In this document: positions 38,432 through 47,497 of the stretch, in pieces
How positions within the stretch are numbered: the first letter of the stretch is position 1
How the letters are laid out: every line of letters begins with the position of its first letter
From: a virus
DNA: 64,000 nucleotides
Virus record (IMG/VR): IMGVR_UViG_3300023179_000011
Coordinates: 1 to 64,000 of that record
Strand: one strand, 5' to 3'
Program-made: the position numbers and the translations under genes
The notes under the pieces: model-generated
What the model was told of the DNA's origin: nothing
The model's input: only the letters and a program-made list of their open reading frames with translations
Database searches by the model: none

Positions 38432-38502
38432 ATGCCCGACTAGGATTCGAACCTAGACAAAGAGAATCAAAATCTCTTGTGCTACCGTTACACCATCGGG
38501 CA
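38432..38502 (-). tRNA. tRNA-Gln (anticodon UUG), no encoded CCA
   Basis: Acceptor TGCCCGA/TCGGGCA (U1-A72); D stem GTG/CAC; anticodon stem AGAGA/TCTCT with loop TTTTGAT; T arm CTAGG-TTCGAAT-CCTAG. Confidence 0.95.
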
Positions 38503-38675
38503 ACCGCGCATTGAATCCTTTCATTTACGATCTTCTGGCGCCCACCTCGGATACCGTCATGACAAGCGTCGCCAGCTCGTGGTTATGACCCACTCACGGT
38601 TTGGGTGCCGGACCGTCAACATGCGTAACGGCTTCAGGCGCGATAACCGGGGCACCGGCATGCCCGCCGGGATAC
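38503..38675 (-). ncRNA. candidate structured ncRNA directly upstream of tRNA-Gln
   Basis: No RBS-bearing ORF. Stems CCGGC/GCCGG, GGTGCC/GGCACC, CCGTTA/TGACGG, ACCGT/ACGGT, GTGG/CCAC and GAGC/GCTT. Confidence 0.4.
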
Positions 38676-38954
38676 CTAGTCTTCTTTGATTATTGCGTTG
38701 TCCGTGAAACTGACAAACTCGCCGCCGTCATCATCAAAAATTAAACCGGGTTCGCCGCCGTCTAATCCTTGTGCCGCACGCGTTGCATATTTTTTCAGCA
38801 AGCGATAAATCCTAGCTCCTCGTCGATCGCCAAACTTGATGCAAAGCAACGCTTCTACTGTCAAGTACTCTTCGTATCCCTCCTCGACGTCATCCTCTTC
38901 GTACGGGTTCTCGTCGTCGATAAACCCGCCGAAATCAAAATTTTCGTTTTGCAT
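38676..38954 (-). CDS. acidic hypothetical protein
   Basis: 92 aa ORF; GAGG RBS. Confidence 0.55.
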   Translation of the reverse strand: MQNENFDFGGFIDDENPYEEDDVEEGYEEYLTVEALLCIKFGDRRGARIYRLLKKYATRAAQGLDGGEPGLIFDDDGGEFVSFTDNAIIKED

Positions 38955-38963
38955 GGTATCGCC

Positions 38964-40124
38964 TCAATAAATAACGGTCAATGAAACAACGCAATCAGTT
39001 AGCGGAAACAAATACACGCCACGAGCTGAAAACTGGCGTGGCCGCTCCAATCGCATTACGACGCGGTCGGCATGCAGCAACGTCGCCACAACATATGGGC
39101 CGGTTGACGAAACCGCCGCGGTAATTGAAATAACATAATCGGTAGCTGGAACAGGAACCTGAATAGCTGCGCCGTGCGCGCCAGTAGCGCCTGTAATTCC
39201 GAGCGTAGCAGCTTCTTTTGCGCCGGCAATAACGCGCTCTAGCGACGCCACGTCATCCCGGAGCACGACGGCAAAGTGCGCTGGTTTTGTAAACTCGCCA
39301 AGATATCCCGGACGTTCAATTTGTTTGCGTTGCTCTTCGCTGATCACAGCGGCAATCTCTAGATGCCGCGCGGCGATACTGACATACGCCAATAACGCCG
39401 GGCAGATCGACGCGTAATCTTCTGCGGTGTTGGTTCCGGTGACCGCCGGCGAAGACCGCGGTGAAACAGGAAAAAACTCACCTGTCTCAAGCAACAAAAA
39501 ATGCGTGTTTGTGCCGTTGTCAAACGACAGGCCGCGATATGCCGGACCAATTTCGCCGCTCGGTAACTTGTCGCGAAAACTGACAAGACTTGCCGATAGT
39601 GCTGCCGCCATTGTGTCTGTGAACTGCGCCGGATTGAAAACGCGCGCTAACATACGCTCGTTGTAAATCTCTGGCGCAACCGGGTTCACCGTCAGCGGAT
39701 TTTTTGGAGATTCAACTACCTCCGCAATAACGGCGTCAAAGATATCTTGAGCAGATACGTCAGAGTCAGCCAATCCATTCTCGATCAGATCAGCAAACAG
39801 AATAAGCGCGGCGCTGACCATTGGCGCGGCGGTCTTGTCGGTGGCGCCGTATTCTTTTGCAACGTTTAGCCCGCGGCTGAGCGCCGCTTGCGTAATTGAA
39901 AACGGCACGGCGCCCCAATTGATGTCGCCGGCTTTTTGCGTTAGCTGCGCAAGCGCGCGGAAAAACGCCGGATCTTTCTTCGGCGTAGACGCCTGTCGAA
40001 ACAGCTCCAGCGTACAAGCAAGGAGACGTAGCTGGCCGGCGTCGTCTGACGTACGAAACTTTCCTAAAAACTCTCTAAGCAGAACAGACGGTTTTTGTGA
40101 TTTGTCCACTGAATACTCCATCAC
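38964..40124 (-). CDS. hypothetical protein
   Basis: 386 aa colinear ORF. Confidence 0.7.
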   Translation of the reverse strand: MMEYSVDKSQKPSVLLREFLGKFRTSDDAGQLRLLACTLELFRQASTPKKDPAFFRALAQLTQKAGDINWGAVPFSITQAALSRGLNVAKEYGATDKTAAPMVSAALILFADLIENGLADSDVSAQDIFDAVIAEVVESPKNPLTVNPVAPEIYNERMLARVFNPAQFTDTMAAALSASLVSFRDKLPSGEIGPAYRGLSFDNGTNTHFLLLETGEFFPVSPRSSPAVTGTNTAEDYASICPALLAYVSIAARHLEIAAVISEEQRKQIERPGYLGEFTKPAHFAVVLRDDVASLERVIAGAKEAATLGITGATGAHGAAIQVPVPATDYVISITAAVSSTGPYVVATLLHADRVVMRLERPRQFSARGVYLFPLTDCVVSLTVIY

Positions 40125-41277
40125 AAGCGTTTAAAAGTGTCATCACGTTCGATTTGAAGGTGCCTGAAATTGTGTGAGCTGTGCCGCTGTGGCTATTCAC
40201 ATATGGCGCAAAAGAAGGTTGAACGTGATTGTCGATAAGGACAGCGTGAAAATTCGACGCGCACTCGCTGGCCTGAAGTGCGCACCGTGACTGAAGAAAC
40301 AAATGTAGGCCGCGCATAACGTCGCCTATAAGCAACACTACACCGTTTTGTGTTGCACATACCTGACGTACTTGCTCGGTAAAAACCAGCAAATCGACAT
40401 ACGTGGCGGCGCCAAAAGCAGCGCCGATCTCTGCGCCCGGCCCGTCCGGGTAGACGTGCCCGGCCATCTCGCCCAACTCTACGTGCACTGTAGCGGGTAC
40501 GCCAAGCGTGTATGCCGAATGCAGCAAGCTACGGTCTTTTTCTGCTCGCGGTGAGTACGCCCAGCGGCCGACAGCCTCGCCGTAACCGAGTCCCTGATTC
40601 GCGGCCAAGCGCGCCACATAATTCAGGTCGTGCGTCAGGCCCCGTTCAGAGACGCGAATGTCCGCTACAAGTCCGGCGCCTGTTGTGGCAATCGCTGTCA
40701 CATACTTCTTTCGCAGCAACTCTATGGCCGTAATACCCGCGCCCGCATGAATCGCCGGCGCTGATATAAACAACAAAACAGGCGTGTCGCCGCTGCGCGC
40801 GGTGTGAATAAGACTTGCGACGTCAGTGTGTGCGGCGGCGATCAAACCGGGTTTATCTTCTACAAGAGGCGGCATTGCGTCACATGGCGGCGTCACCGCC
40901 CTCAGCGTGTCGAAAACAGGAAACGAGCTGCGCAGCTGCGCCGGGAGCGTTAAAGGACCAGCGTGTTCCACAGCGGAGCCGCGCAACATCGGACCGCTGC
41001 CCCAGAGCAACCAATCAGCGCTGACGTGCGTATGGCTAAGCACCTGCGCCAACAACTGCGCCGAGACGGAGTACTGGCGCTTGAATACTTTGCCAAGATG
41101 CGTCGAATCTAGCTCGATGGCTCTGGCAAACGCTGGGATATTGTTATCAAAGAGCGTTGCGCATATGTACTCAAGTCTCTGCACCCACGGCTGGTCCGAG
41201 TGCACAATTTTCCGCCTGTTCTCGTCGCGCTTCTGCCGCTGCAATTCGCTGAGGTGACTGCTTTTTCTTCTTGGCAT
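40075..41277 (-). CDS. XRE-like HTH fused to a deoxyhypusine-synthase-like domain
   Basis: N-terminal AFARAIELDSTHLGKV...VSADWLLWGSGPM (XRE HTH). C-terminal VTAIATTGAGLVAD, GLGYGEAVG, SLLHSAYTLGVPATVHVELG, GAATYVD, GVVLLIG (DHS-like). Confidence 0.6.
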   Translation of the reverse strand: MPRRKSSHLSELQRQKRDENRRKIVHSDQPWVQRLEYICATLFDNNIPAFARAIELDSTHLGKVFKRQYSVSAQLLAQVLSHTHVSADWLLWGSGPMLRGSAVEHAGPLTLPAQLRSSFPVFDTLRAVTPPCDAMPPLVEDKPGLIAAAHTDVASLIHTARSGDTPVLLFISAPAIHAGAGITAIELLRKKYVTAIATTGAGLVADIRVSERGLTHDLNYVARLAANQGLGYGEAVGRWAYSPRAEKDRSLLHSAYTLGVPATVHVELGEMAGHVYPDGPGAEIGAAFGAATYVDLLVFTEQVRQVCATQNGVVLLIGDVMRGLHLFLQSRCALQASECASNFHAVLIDNHVQPSFAPYVNSHSGTAHTISGTFKSNVMTLLNACDGVFSGQITKTVCSA

Positions 41278-42268
41278 TTTCTGCCTTTCGTTTCTGCTGC
41301 GTAACTAACCGGCGCCCGGCTTTTCTTAAAATACCGGTGCCAGCAAGCAAGCGCATCCCGTGTACAGCGCGCAACACAGCGGCCACAAGCTCATCATATC
41401 CATCCAGCAATTGCATCGGGTAGCGATTGAACTCGCCAAACAGATAGAAGAACTCCGTGTCAGGCTGCTCGTGACAATCGGAAACTTTGACAGACTTCAG
41501 ATACGTTACCCGACTACCGCGCACACGGACCGCCGGTAGTTTTGTCTTAGGCGCGTGCAAGAAAAACTGCCGAGCCTCAATAAACCATCCGTTGTCGTGC
41601 GGAACTACGGCAAGCCGCCAAAGAGAGCCGAGTGTATTACGATTTAATTGTTTAGTGAGTTTGCTGTAAGCGTCGCGCTCTTTTTGTATTTCACCCCACA
41701 GTAGCCGCTCATATGTGCGCACTACGTCCAGCCCGCAACCAATTCGCGGATCCCAATCTGGCGCAGCAATAAATCGAGACGTCACACGACACGTCGCGAT
41801 AAGTTTTGTGTCCTTATTGTGCCGGCCGATTGCCCGCAGTTTGTTTTTTACGCTGCGATACTGCGCAGCCGTGATCCGGGCGTAGCAAAACGGACACACA
41901 TGCGATCGGTTGCACGGGCGAAAAACCGCTGCGTTTTTCCAGCGAAAAAACATATAGGTCGGTCGGCAAAACAGACAACGCTGAAAAGACAGCCGAAAGT
42001 TTTTGAAATCAAAATCAGGCGCGTATGGATCTGTACCGCGACCGACGGGAAACCACAGCGCACGGATCGCCAACTCTTTTAGCTTGAGCACCCACCGCTG
42101 CCGCACCGTGTTTGTGCGGCCGACTACAGCGTCGTGAGTCTTTGCGCCTGCAAGCCCCAGCACAAACTGCTGCGCGAACACGTGCGCCATTCGCACGCTG
42201 ACGCGATGCACACGCCATTTTTTTATCTGATATCGCCGGATGAATTCGGCAAAATCTATCAGCGCCAT
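41171..42268 (-). CDS. hypothetical Zn-binding basic protein
   Basis: CLFC...CNRSHVCPFC cluster; start placed at MALIDF. Confidence 0.65.
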   Translation of the reverse strand: MALIDFAEFIRRYQIKKWRVHRVSVRMAHVFAQQFVLGLAGAKTHDAVVGRTNTVRQRWVLKLKELAIRALWFPVGRGTDPYAPDFDFKNFRLSFQRCLFCRPTYMFFRWKNAAVFRPCNRSHVCPFCYARITAAQYRSVKNKLRAIGRHNKDTKLIATCRVTSRFIAAPDWDPRIGCGLDVVRTYERLLWGEIQKERDAYSKLTKQLNRNTLGSLWRLAVVPHDNGWFIEARQFFLHAPKTKLPAVRVRGSRVTYLKSVKVSDCHEQPDTEFFYLFGEFNRYPMQLLDGYDELVAAVLRAVHGMRLLAGTGILRKAGRRLVTQQKRKAENAKKKKQSPQRIAAAEARREQAENCALGPAVGAET

Positions 42269-42372
42269 TTTACTTCTTTTTCTTTGGACATTCCTTGTAG
42301 CCGCACACAGAGCATTTGCCCCACTGCCCGACACGGTTCTGATCGCAACTGCTGCACCAAAACGTGCCGCGC

Positions 42373-43910
42373 TTAGGTCGCTGCGCCTTCTGCCGGTTGT
42401 TCAGGGTCTTGTCGTTTCGCATGCTCTGGCTCTGCCGCGTCTAACAAATCACGAAGTACTGTACGCATCGCGGGAGTTATTGCCACGGTTTTTGACATAT
42501 CTGAGAACTCACCCGGCGTTTCAGCGGCTTCCTTAATCGTCGCCCGCTCCGAGTCGGTGAGCGTGGGCGGCAAATAACAAGCCTGTACGTGCTCCAAAAA
42601 GTGCTGCCACGCGTTATCTGTACCGGGCGGCATTGTGGTGTTTTTGCACAGAACAGGTTCGTGTTGCGCAATATACGGGCGCATGCCGTCAATAATCGCA
42701 ATAGCCGCTTTAATTGTCGTGCTTATTTCGTAACTATCCGCTTCGGGCGGCGGGCCGGGGTGCCGCATAGTGTCCATAAAGCCTTTGTGTGCCCGCCACA
42801 ACAGATTGCGAGCGACTGAAATTAAATGCCGAGCGTCGGGGTGTGCGTGATTGTTTTCACTCATTTTGTTGTCACTATTTCGCCGCTAGAGTAATCGCCG
42901 CCTGTCGTCACGGTTTTTGTTAACACCTGCACCTTTGGCTTCGGCGGAATACGACCGAACCAAATGCCGCAGCCGAACAGGCAAAGCCGCATAGCCGGGG
43001 CAGACGATACGCCAATGTGCAGTACATAACCCAGCCCCATCCATTCAAATCTAGCGCCCCAACGCCGCGTCGTATCAAAGTGCGTTGTTGTAACAGTCCA
43101 TGCGTTTGCAGTCATTGCTTATACCTTTTTACGTTTTCGTGGGGGTTTGACGGCTGCGTACATTTGATCGATCAGGTCGTGCACCATCGGGTCGCAGTCG
43201 ACGTAGCGATACGGTACGCAGCGTGTGTTTTTCAGAAACTTGCGGACGAGCGTTTTCAGTTGACGCAGCTCTTCTTTTGCGCTGTGCATGTCACGCGTCT
43301 CCAACAATTTCTACGGATATTTGCTTTCTTCTTGTTTCCCGCTCTAGCCACGCGCGCTCTTTCTCAAGATGGCGCTTGGCCGCGTCAATCGAATCAAACG
43401 TCATGGGGCTTCCCGTGACCGAGCCGCTATAGTGCTCGCACAGCCGTTTTAAATAACAAGTCCACCAGCCCCAGCGATACGCAATCTTCCACCACTCTTC
43501 GCCGTTGCCGTCCGTGAACTTGACGAAAAAGTATTTTCTTGTCGGGCAGTAGTCGGTCCACAGGTAAGACTTTTCACCCGTCACGACGTACATTGATTGT
43601 CTCCAAGTTTTTTCAGCAGGCCGCGAAGCGTAGCGGCATGAGACTCAAAAAAGGCTTTTCGCGCCACCGAAACAACCTCTAACGCCCAGTCTGCCAGCGC
43701 GTCTTCTCCGGCAATAATAGCTTCACGCTCTTTGTCAGTAATTGGCGCGTCTATCTGAACAATCACTTTACCGCAACACGCCGACAACGTGGCGTCCTGC
43801 GCCGCAAGGCGGCGGATGGCTTCCGTAAGTCTGGCGATCTCGGCCCGCTGATCTTGAATAATCTGGTCGGCCTGCTCCCAAGACATAATCGCAGCATTCG
43901 GGTCAAGCAT
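42373..43910 (-). other. run of five small hypothetical CDSs (42373-42864, 42861-43115, 43119-43307, 43291-43593, 43581-43910)
   Basis: Abutting or overlapping minus-strand ORFs with GGAG-type RBSs; no function recognised. Confidence 0.55.
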
Positions 43911-43999
43911 TGTTCACCTGTCGTATCCGCGAAAGTAAAAATAGATAAACGCAATCGCGATAGCCGCACCGCAAATCTCAGATAGCCAGCTATACATAA

Positions 44000-44341
44000 T
44001 CACGACGCCTCCTTCACAAAAATCCCTTCGGGTGTCAACGTGCCTTTGCGGTCTTTGATCTGCTCGTACGCCATCGCGAGGCAGTAGTCCATCGTGATGC
44101 CGTGCAGCTCGCAATACAGAATGAGCGTCACGAGCACGTCGCCCACGCCGTCGACGATCGCGGTGTCGTCGCGCTTGAGCGTGGCGTCAGCTAGCTCCCC
44201 TAGCTCCGACATTGTTTTCATTAGCTGCGCTGTCGGATTGCTGTTCGGGATAATTCGGCGCTCCCGGGCCCACTGCACCACGCGCTCCTGCAGTGTCGAA
44301 AACGTCGGAGCCTCTTGCGCCAATTCTTGTGTTTGCGTCAT
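44000..44341 (-). CDS. mazG: MazG-like nucleotide pyrophosphohydrolase
   Basis: QWARER; QLMKTMSELGELA...DGVGDVLVTL (ExxE...D); AYEQIKDRKG. Confidence 0.85.
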   Translation of the reverse strand: MTQTQELAQEAPTFSTLQERVVQWARERRIIPNSNPTAQLMKTMSELGELADATLKRDDTAIVDGVGDVLVTLILYCELHGITMDYCLAMAYEQIKDRKGTLTPEGIFVKEAS

Positions 44342-44830
44342 TGCCTTTTAACTCCATGATTTCTTTCGTTAAGGTTTCGACCTGCGCCTCAAGCTGTTTG
44401 ATGCGCTTTCTAAATTGAACTTCAGATGGGTCGTCGTGCAGGCCCCAATCCTGTTCGTGAACTGATAACAAATCGAGCGCGTACAGCCGCAGCTGCTTGC
44501 GCGTGTCTTCACGCTCTTGGCGCAACAAATTAAGCAGCGCGAGCACAGTCCGCATTTCTTGCGGAGTCAGCTCGCCCATCGCCAACCGTATCGCCTGCCT
44601 GTCGCCGGCCCAGATAGCGCTTAAATCAGTCGGCACGAAAATACTCCAAAGCCGTTTCCAGTTCGTCGTTTTTTGTACCTTCGGGCGCTAGGTACTGACG
44701 CCCCACGCTACGCACAGCAGAATCAATCAAACCAGCTCGCCGTTTAATAGAGGCAAGCTTGTCACGAACCGCTGATAACTCAGCTCTCAGTTTCTTCAAT
44801 TTGCGCAGTTTCTTTTTCTGCGCTAGCTCC

Positions 44831-45298
44831 CTAGCTTTCTTTTTCTTGACTTTCTTGGCCACTGATCTGCTCCTGCAATTTTGCAATTCGAGCACGCACG
44901 AACTCCATAGCCTGCTCGACGCTTTCAACTTCAATAAAGGGAAGCTTGGACTGTAGGTGCTCCCACTTGGTTGCACCCACGCCGGCGACATTAATCTCGC
45001 CCGGCTCTTGGTTGGCGAACTCTTCCATCAGCGCCACAGCTGTTGCGGCGTCACGAGACGGAAACACCAGAATTTTGTTATCGACGTCTGAAAAAAACTT
45101 AACGCCGGTACGGTCGCAAATGACGTACCGAACGGCCGACTCGCCGGTGTCGATATAACTCATGGCTCGCTGCGGCGCGACATAGTTTTCGCGGTTCTGT
45201 GGTGCGTCAGGGCTGTGACACGTTTTAAACTTTTTGCCGCTGCCGCACGGGCACCTGTCATTACGGCGGATAATGCTATTATTGTGAATCGTGCTCAC
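44831..45298 (-). CDS. SEC-C motif protein
   Basis: RNDRCPCGSGKKFKTCH. Confidence 0.85.
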   Translation of the reverse strand: MSTIHNNSIIRRNDRCPCGSGKKFKTCHSPDAPQNRENYVAPQRAMSYIDTGESAVRYVICDRTGVKFFSDVDNKILVFPSRDAATAVALMEEFANQEPGEINVAGVGATKWEHLQSKLPFIEVESVEQAMEFVRARIAKLQEQISGQESQEKES

Positions 45299-45871
45299 GA
45301 AAAACCTCCGTGTCGCCGTTGAGCTGAATTAAACGCCGGCCAGCTATACCGGGTTGGGCCATTGTCTCTTTTTCTTTAGACGGTGCAAGACGCAGCCAGT
45401 TCAACCGAAACTCTTCAATCGTGACCTCTTCTCGCGGCAGCAACAGGTCGAGCGACATGCGCGTTTGTCGAGCGCTGACGTCGTAGTTCATTGCCACGCC
45501 AATAACGTGAGCATTGAACAATAGCGCTATACCTTCCTGAAGCTGCGCTAGCGGGTCCGGGTTTGACTCGAACGGCGTCCTCACGGCTCTACCGTTACCT
45601 GCGCGTTGGTCATGATCAGCCCGGCGCGCATGGTTGATAGTCCGTGGATCGTCACGCGCTCGCCGATCACGAGAGTCGTCCCCTGCTTGACTGCCAGCCG
45701 CTCAGGATTCGCCTCGTCCGGCTGTATCATTTTGGGAAGCCCCGCCGCAAAAACGGTCGGCGTGCTTGTCGGCGCTGGTTTCTCGATTGGAATCGTCACT
45801 ACGCCGGGCGTTGTCATTGTTGAGACCTCGGTTGAAAAAGACGTGAAAGCATAACCGGCCGGGAGGGCCAT
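45279..45871 (-). other. two small hypothetical CDSs (45279-45584, 45581-45871)
   Basis: Overlapping ATGA junction; colinear. Confidence 0.55.
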
Positions 45872-46256
45872 ACAACGTATCGTTAGAAGGAAACGGGCTG
45901 TCGGGGTGGTCTGAATTTTTAGCGGAAAACTGATGAACCGTGTGAAACGTGTTTTGGTTGTCAGACATGCTGCACTCGTGTGGCGCGGATTATGTTGTCA
46001 TAATCCACGATTTGCCAAATGTAGGGGGGTAAATTGGGTCAAAAATTGCGCGTATCTCCTTGAAATTACGGGACTTACGCGCAGCGCTGTGATCAATTGT
46101 TGTCCGAATTGTGTGGACCTAGAGTAAGTCCTTCGGACTTACAAGGACGCTTTTTTTTGATTATGTAGGCATCATTTTGGATGGCTACTGCATGATCGGG
46201 GGGTTGTTCAATTTACGTTGGGCAAAATAGGTAATTTGCCCTAACGTTTGGATAGC

Positions 46257-46310
46257 AAAAAAAGAGATTGCGTAGGGGCGGGTTTTTGCCCGCCCCTACG
46301 CGTAATCTCT
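46257..46310 (-). terminator. intrinsic terminator
   Basis: About 20-bp stem AGAGATT-GCGTAGGGGCGGG / CCCGCCCCTACGC-AATCTCT followed by a U-run on the minus strand, just after the 46317 stop. Confidence 0.8.
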
Positions 46311-46316
46311 GTCGTT

Positions 46317-47483
46317 TTACTTATTGCCGCGGTCGCGCTTCAGAATGCTGTTGCGCTGAGATTGTCGCCCGGTACGCCTGACGTTGTTTTCGGTCAGATA
46401 CACGTCCAGATCTACGCCAATGACGTTTTCAATGGCAATAGCGGGCTGGTACGTGCTCTTTCCCTTTTCGTCACGGGGAAACGCAGTCGGATTTCCACGC
46501 ATGTAGATTTCAATCGCACCAAGAAGCTTGACCACGCATTCAAAGTGCTCCTTACGTGCGCCGCCTTCGCGCTCGTTAAGAACCCACTCTGCGTACCCAA
46601 TCGGGTCGCGCTTCTTGCCGTTTTTCATTCCGCAGTTGCCGTCCTGCATCTTTTCAAAGAAAGACGACACAGCGTCGGCGCCGTACTTCTTTGCAGACAG
46701 CAAGTAAGCCGTCAGCAGCGGAGACCTGAAGAGCATTGTGGTGCCCCGCTTGGCGCCGGGGTTCAGCCCGTCAAGCGCGGTCAGTTCGTCCTTGAACGCC
46801 GCGACGTAATCGATCGCGGTGGCACGGCTGACAGGCGCAAGCTCAGTAGCCAGCGCCTGCAACCGCCGCTGCGAACTCTGCCGGTAGCACGACAGCATGA
46901 TTTCGTAGGCGTAGGAAAGCGGCGTCGGAAGTCCGACTGAGCGCTGCAGCAGGGGCGACGTCATCGGGATTTTGTGATAGGTCAGCGCGCCGTGAATCAG
47001 GTCTGCAGACGTATTCACAGCCTCGCGGCTGTCGTGCATCAGGCAGAGCTGACCCGCGTGCTCAGCATCACGCACCGGGATAACCGTAACGCATACGCGC
47101 TCCGGGATTACGTCCGAAAATCCGCCCAGCCACACTTCGGGGCGTGTGTGTCCGGTAATCTTCCACTGATTACCGTGCTGGTCTTCACCCATGCGAACCT
47201 CTTCGTGGAGGTTTGGCACAAACTTGTGCAGATGCTTCGCCTTGGATGCGCGAAGAACCTGATCACGCGGCTGCCGCGGATTAGCCGGTACGGCGTGCCA
47301 CTGCGCTACCGACATGTAGCGCACTTCCTTCTTGCGGGTGCCGATCTTAGGCGGCTTCGGCCGCAGCTGCTGCTGCATCTTGATCTTGCGCGCCGCACGC
47401 CGGCTACGCTCTTCGTCGCCCGGATTGTCCGGGTTGTCCGGGTTGTCCGGGTTGTCCGGGTTGGCAATCGTTGTCTTTGACAT
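46317..47483 (-). CDS. hypothetical protein, possible ParB/Srx-like N-terminal domain
   Basis: NPRQPR...KHL...KITGHTR...W resembles the DGHTR-type ParB-like motif; N-terminal NPD repeats. Confidence 0.5.
   Translation of the reverse strand: MSKTTIANPDNPDNPDNPDNPGDEERSRRAARKIKMQQQLRPKPPKIGTRKKEVRYMSVAQWHAVPANPRQPRDQVLRASKAKHLHKFVPNLHEEVRMGEDQHGNQWKITGHTRPEVWLGGFSDVIPERVCVTVIPVRDAEHAGQLCLMHDSREAVNTSADLIHGALTYHKIPMTSPLLQRSVGLPTPLSYAYEIMLSCYRQSSQRRLQALATELAPVSRATAIDYVAAFKDELTALDGLNPGAKRGTTMLFRSPLLTAYLLSAKKYGADAVSSFFEKMQDGNCGMKNGKKRDPIGYAEWVLNEREGGARKEHFECVVKLLGAIEIYMRGNPTAFPRDEKGKSTYQPAIAIENVIGVDLDVYLTENNVRRTGRQSQRNSILKRDRGNK
47420..47463. repeat. 9-bp tandem repeat (GGGTTGTCC)n encoding (NPD)n
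   Basis: About 4.5 copies, in frame within 46317..47483. Confidence 0.9.
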
Positions 47484-47497
47484 ATCAGTCCTTTAAG

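Noticed and set aside
38503-38675. TIGR-type or GGY/NN-type guide array
   Set aside because: There are several GGY triplets and two CCA-n5-TG motifs, but no constant 5-nt or about 36-nt periodicity. The region is kept only as a generic ncRNA candidate.
47420-47463. Tandem repeat as a regulatory or guide array
   Set aside because: The 9-bp unit is in frame and encodes (NPD)n in a protein N-terminus.
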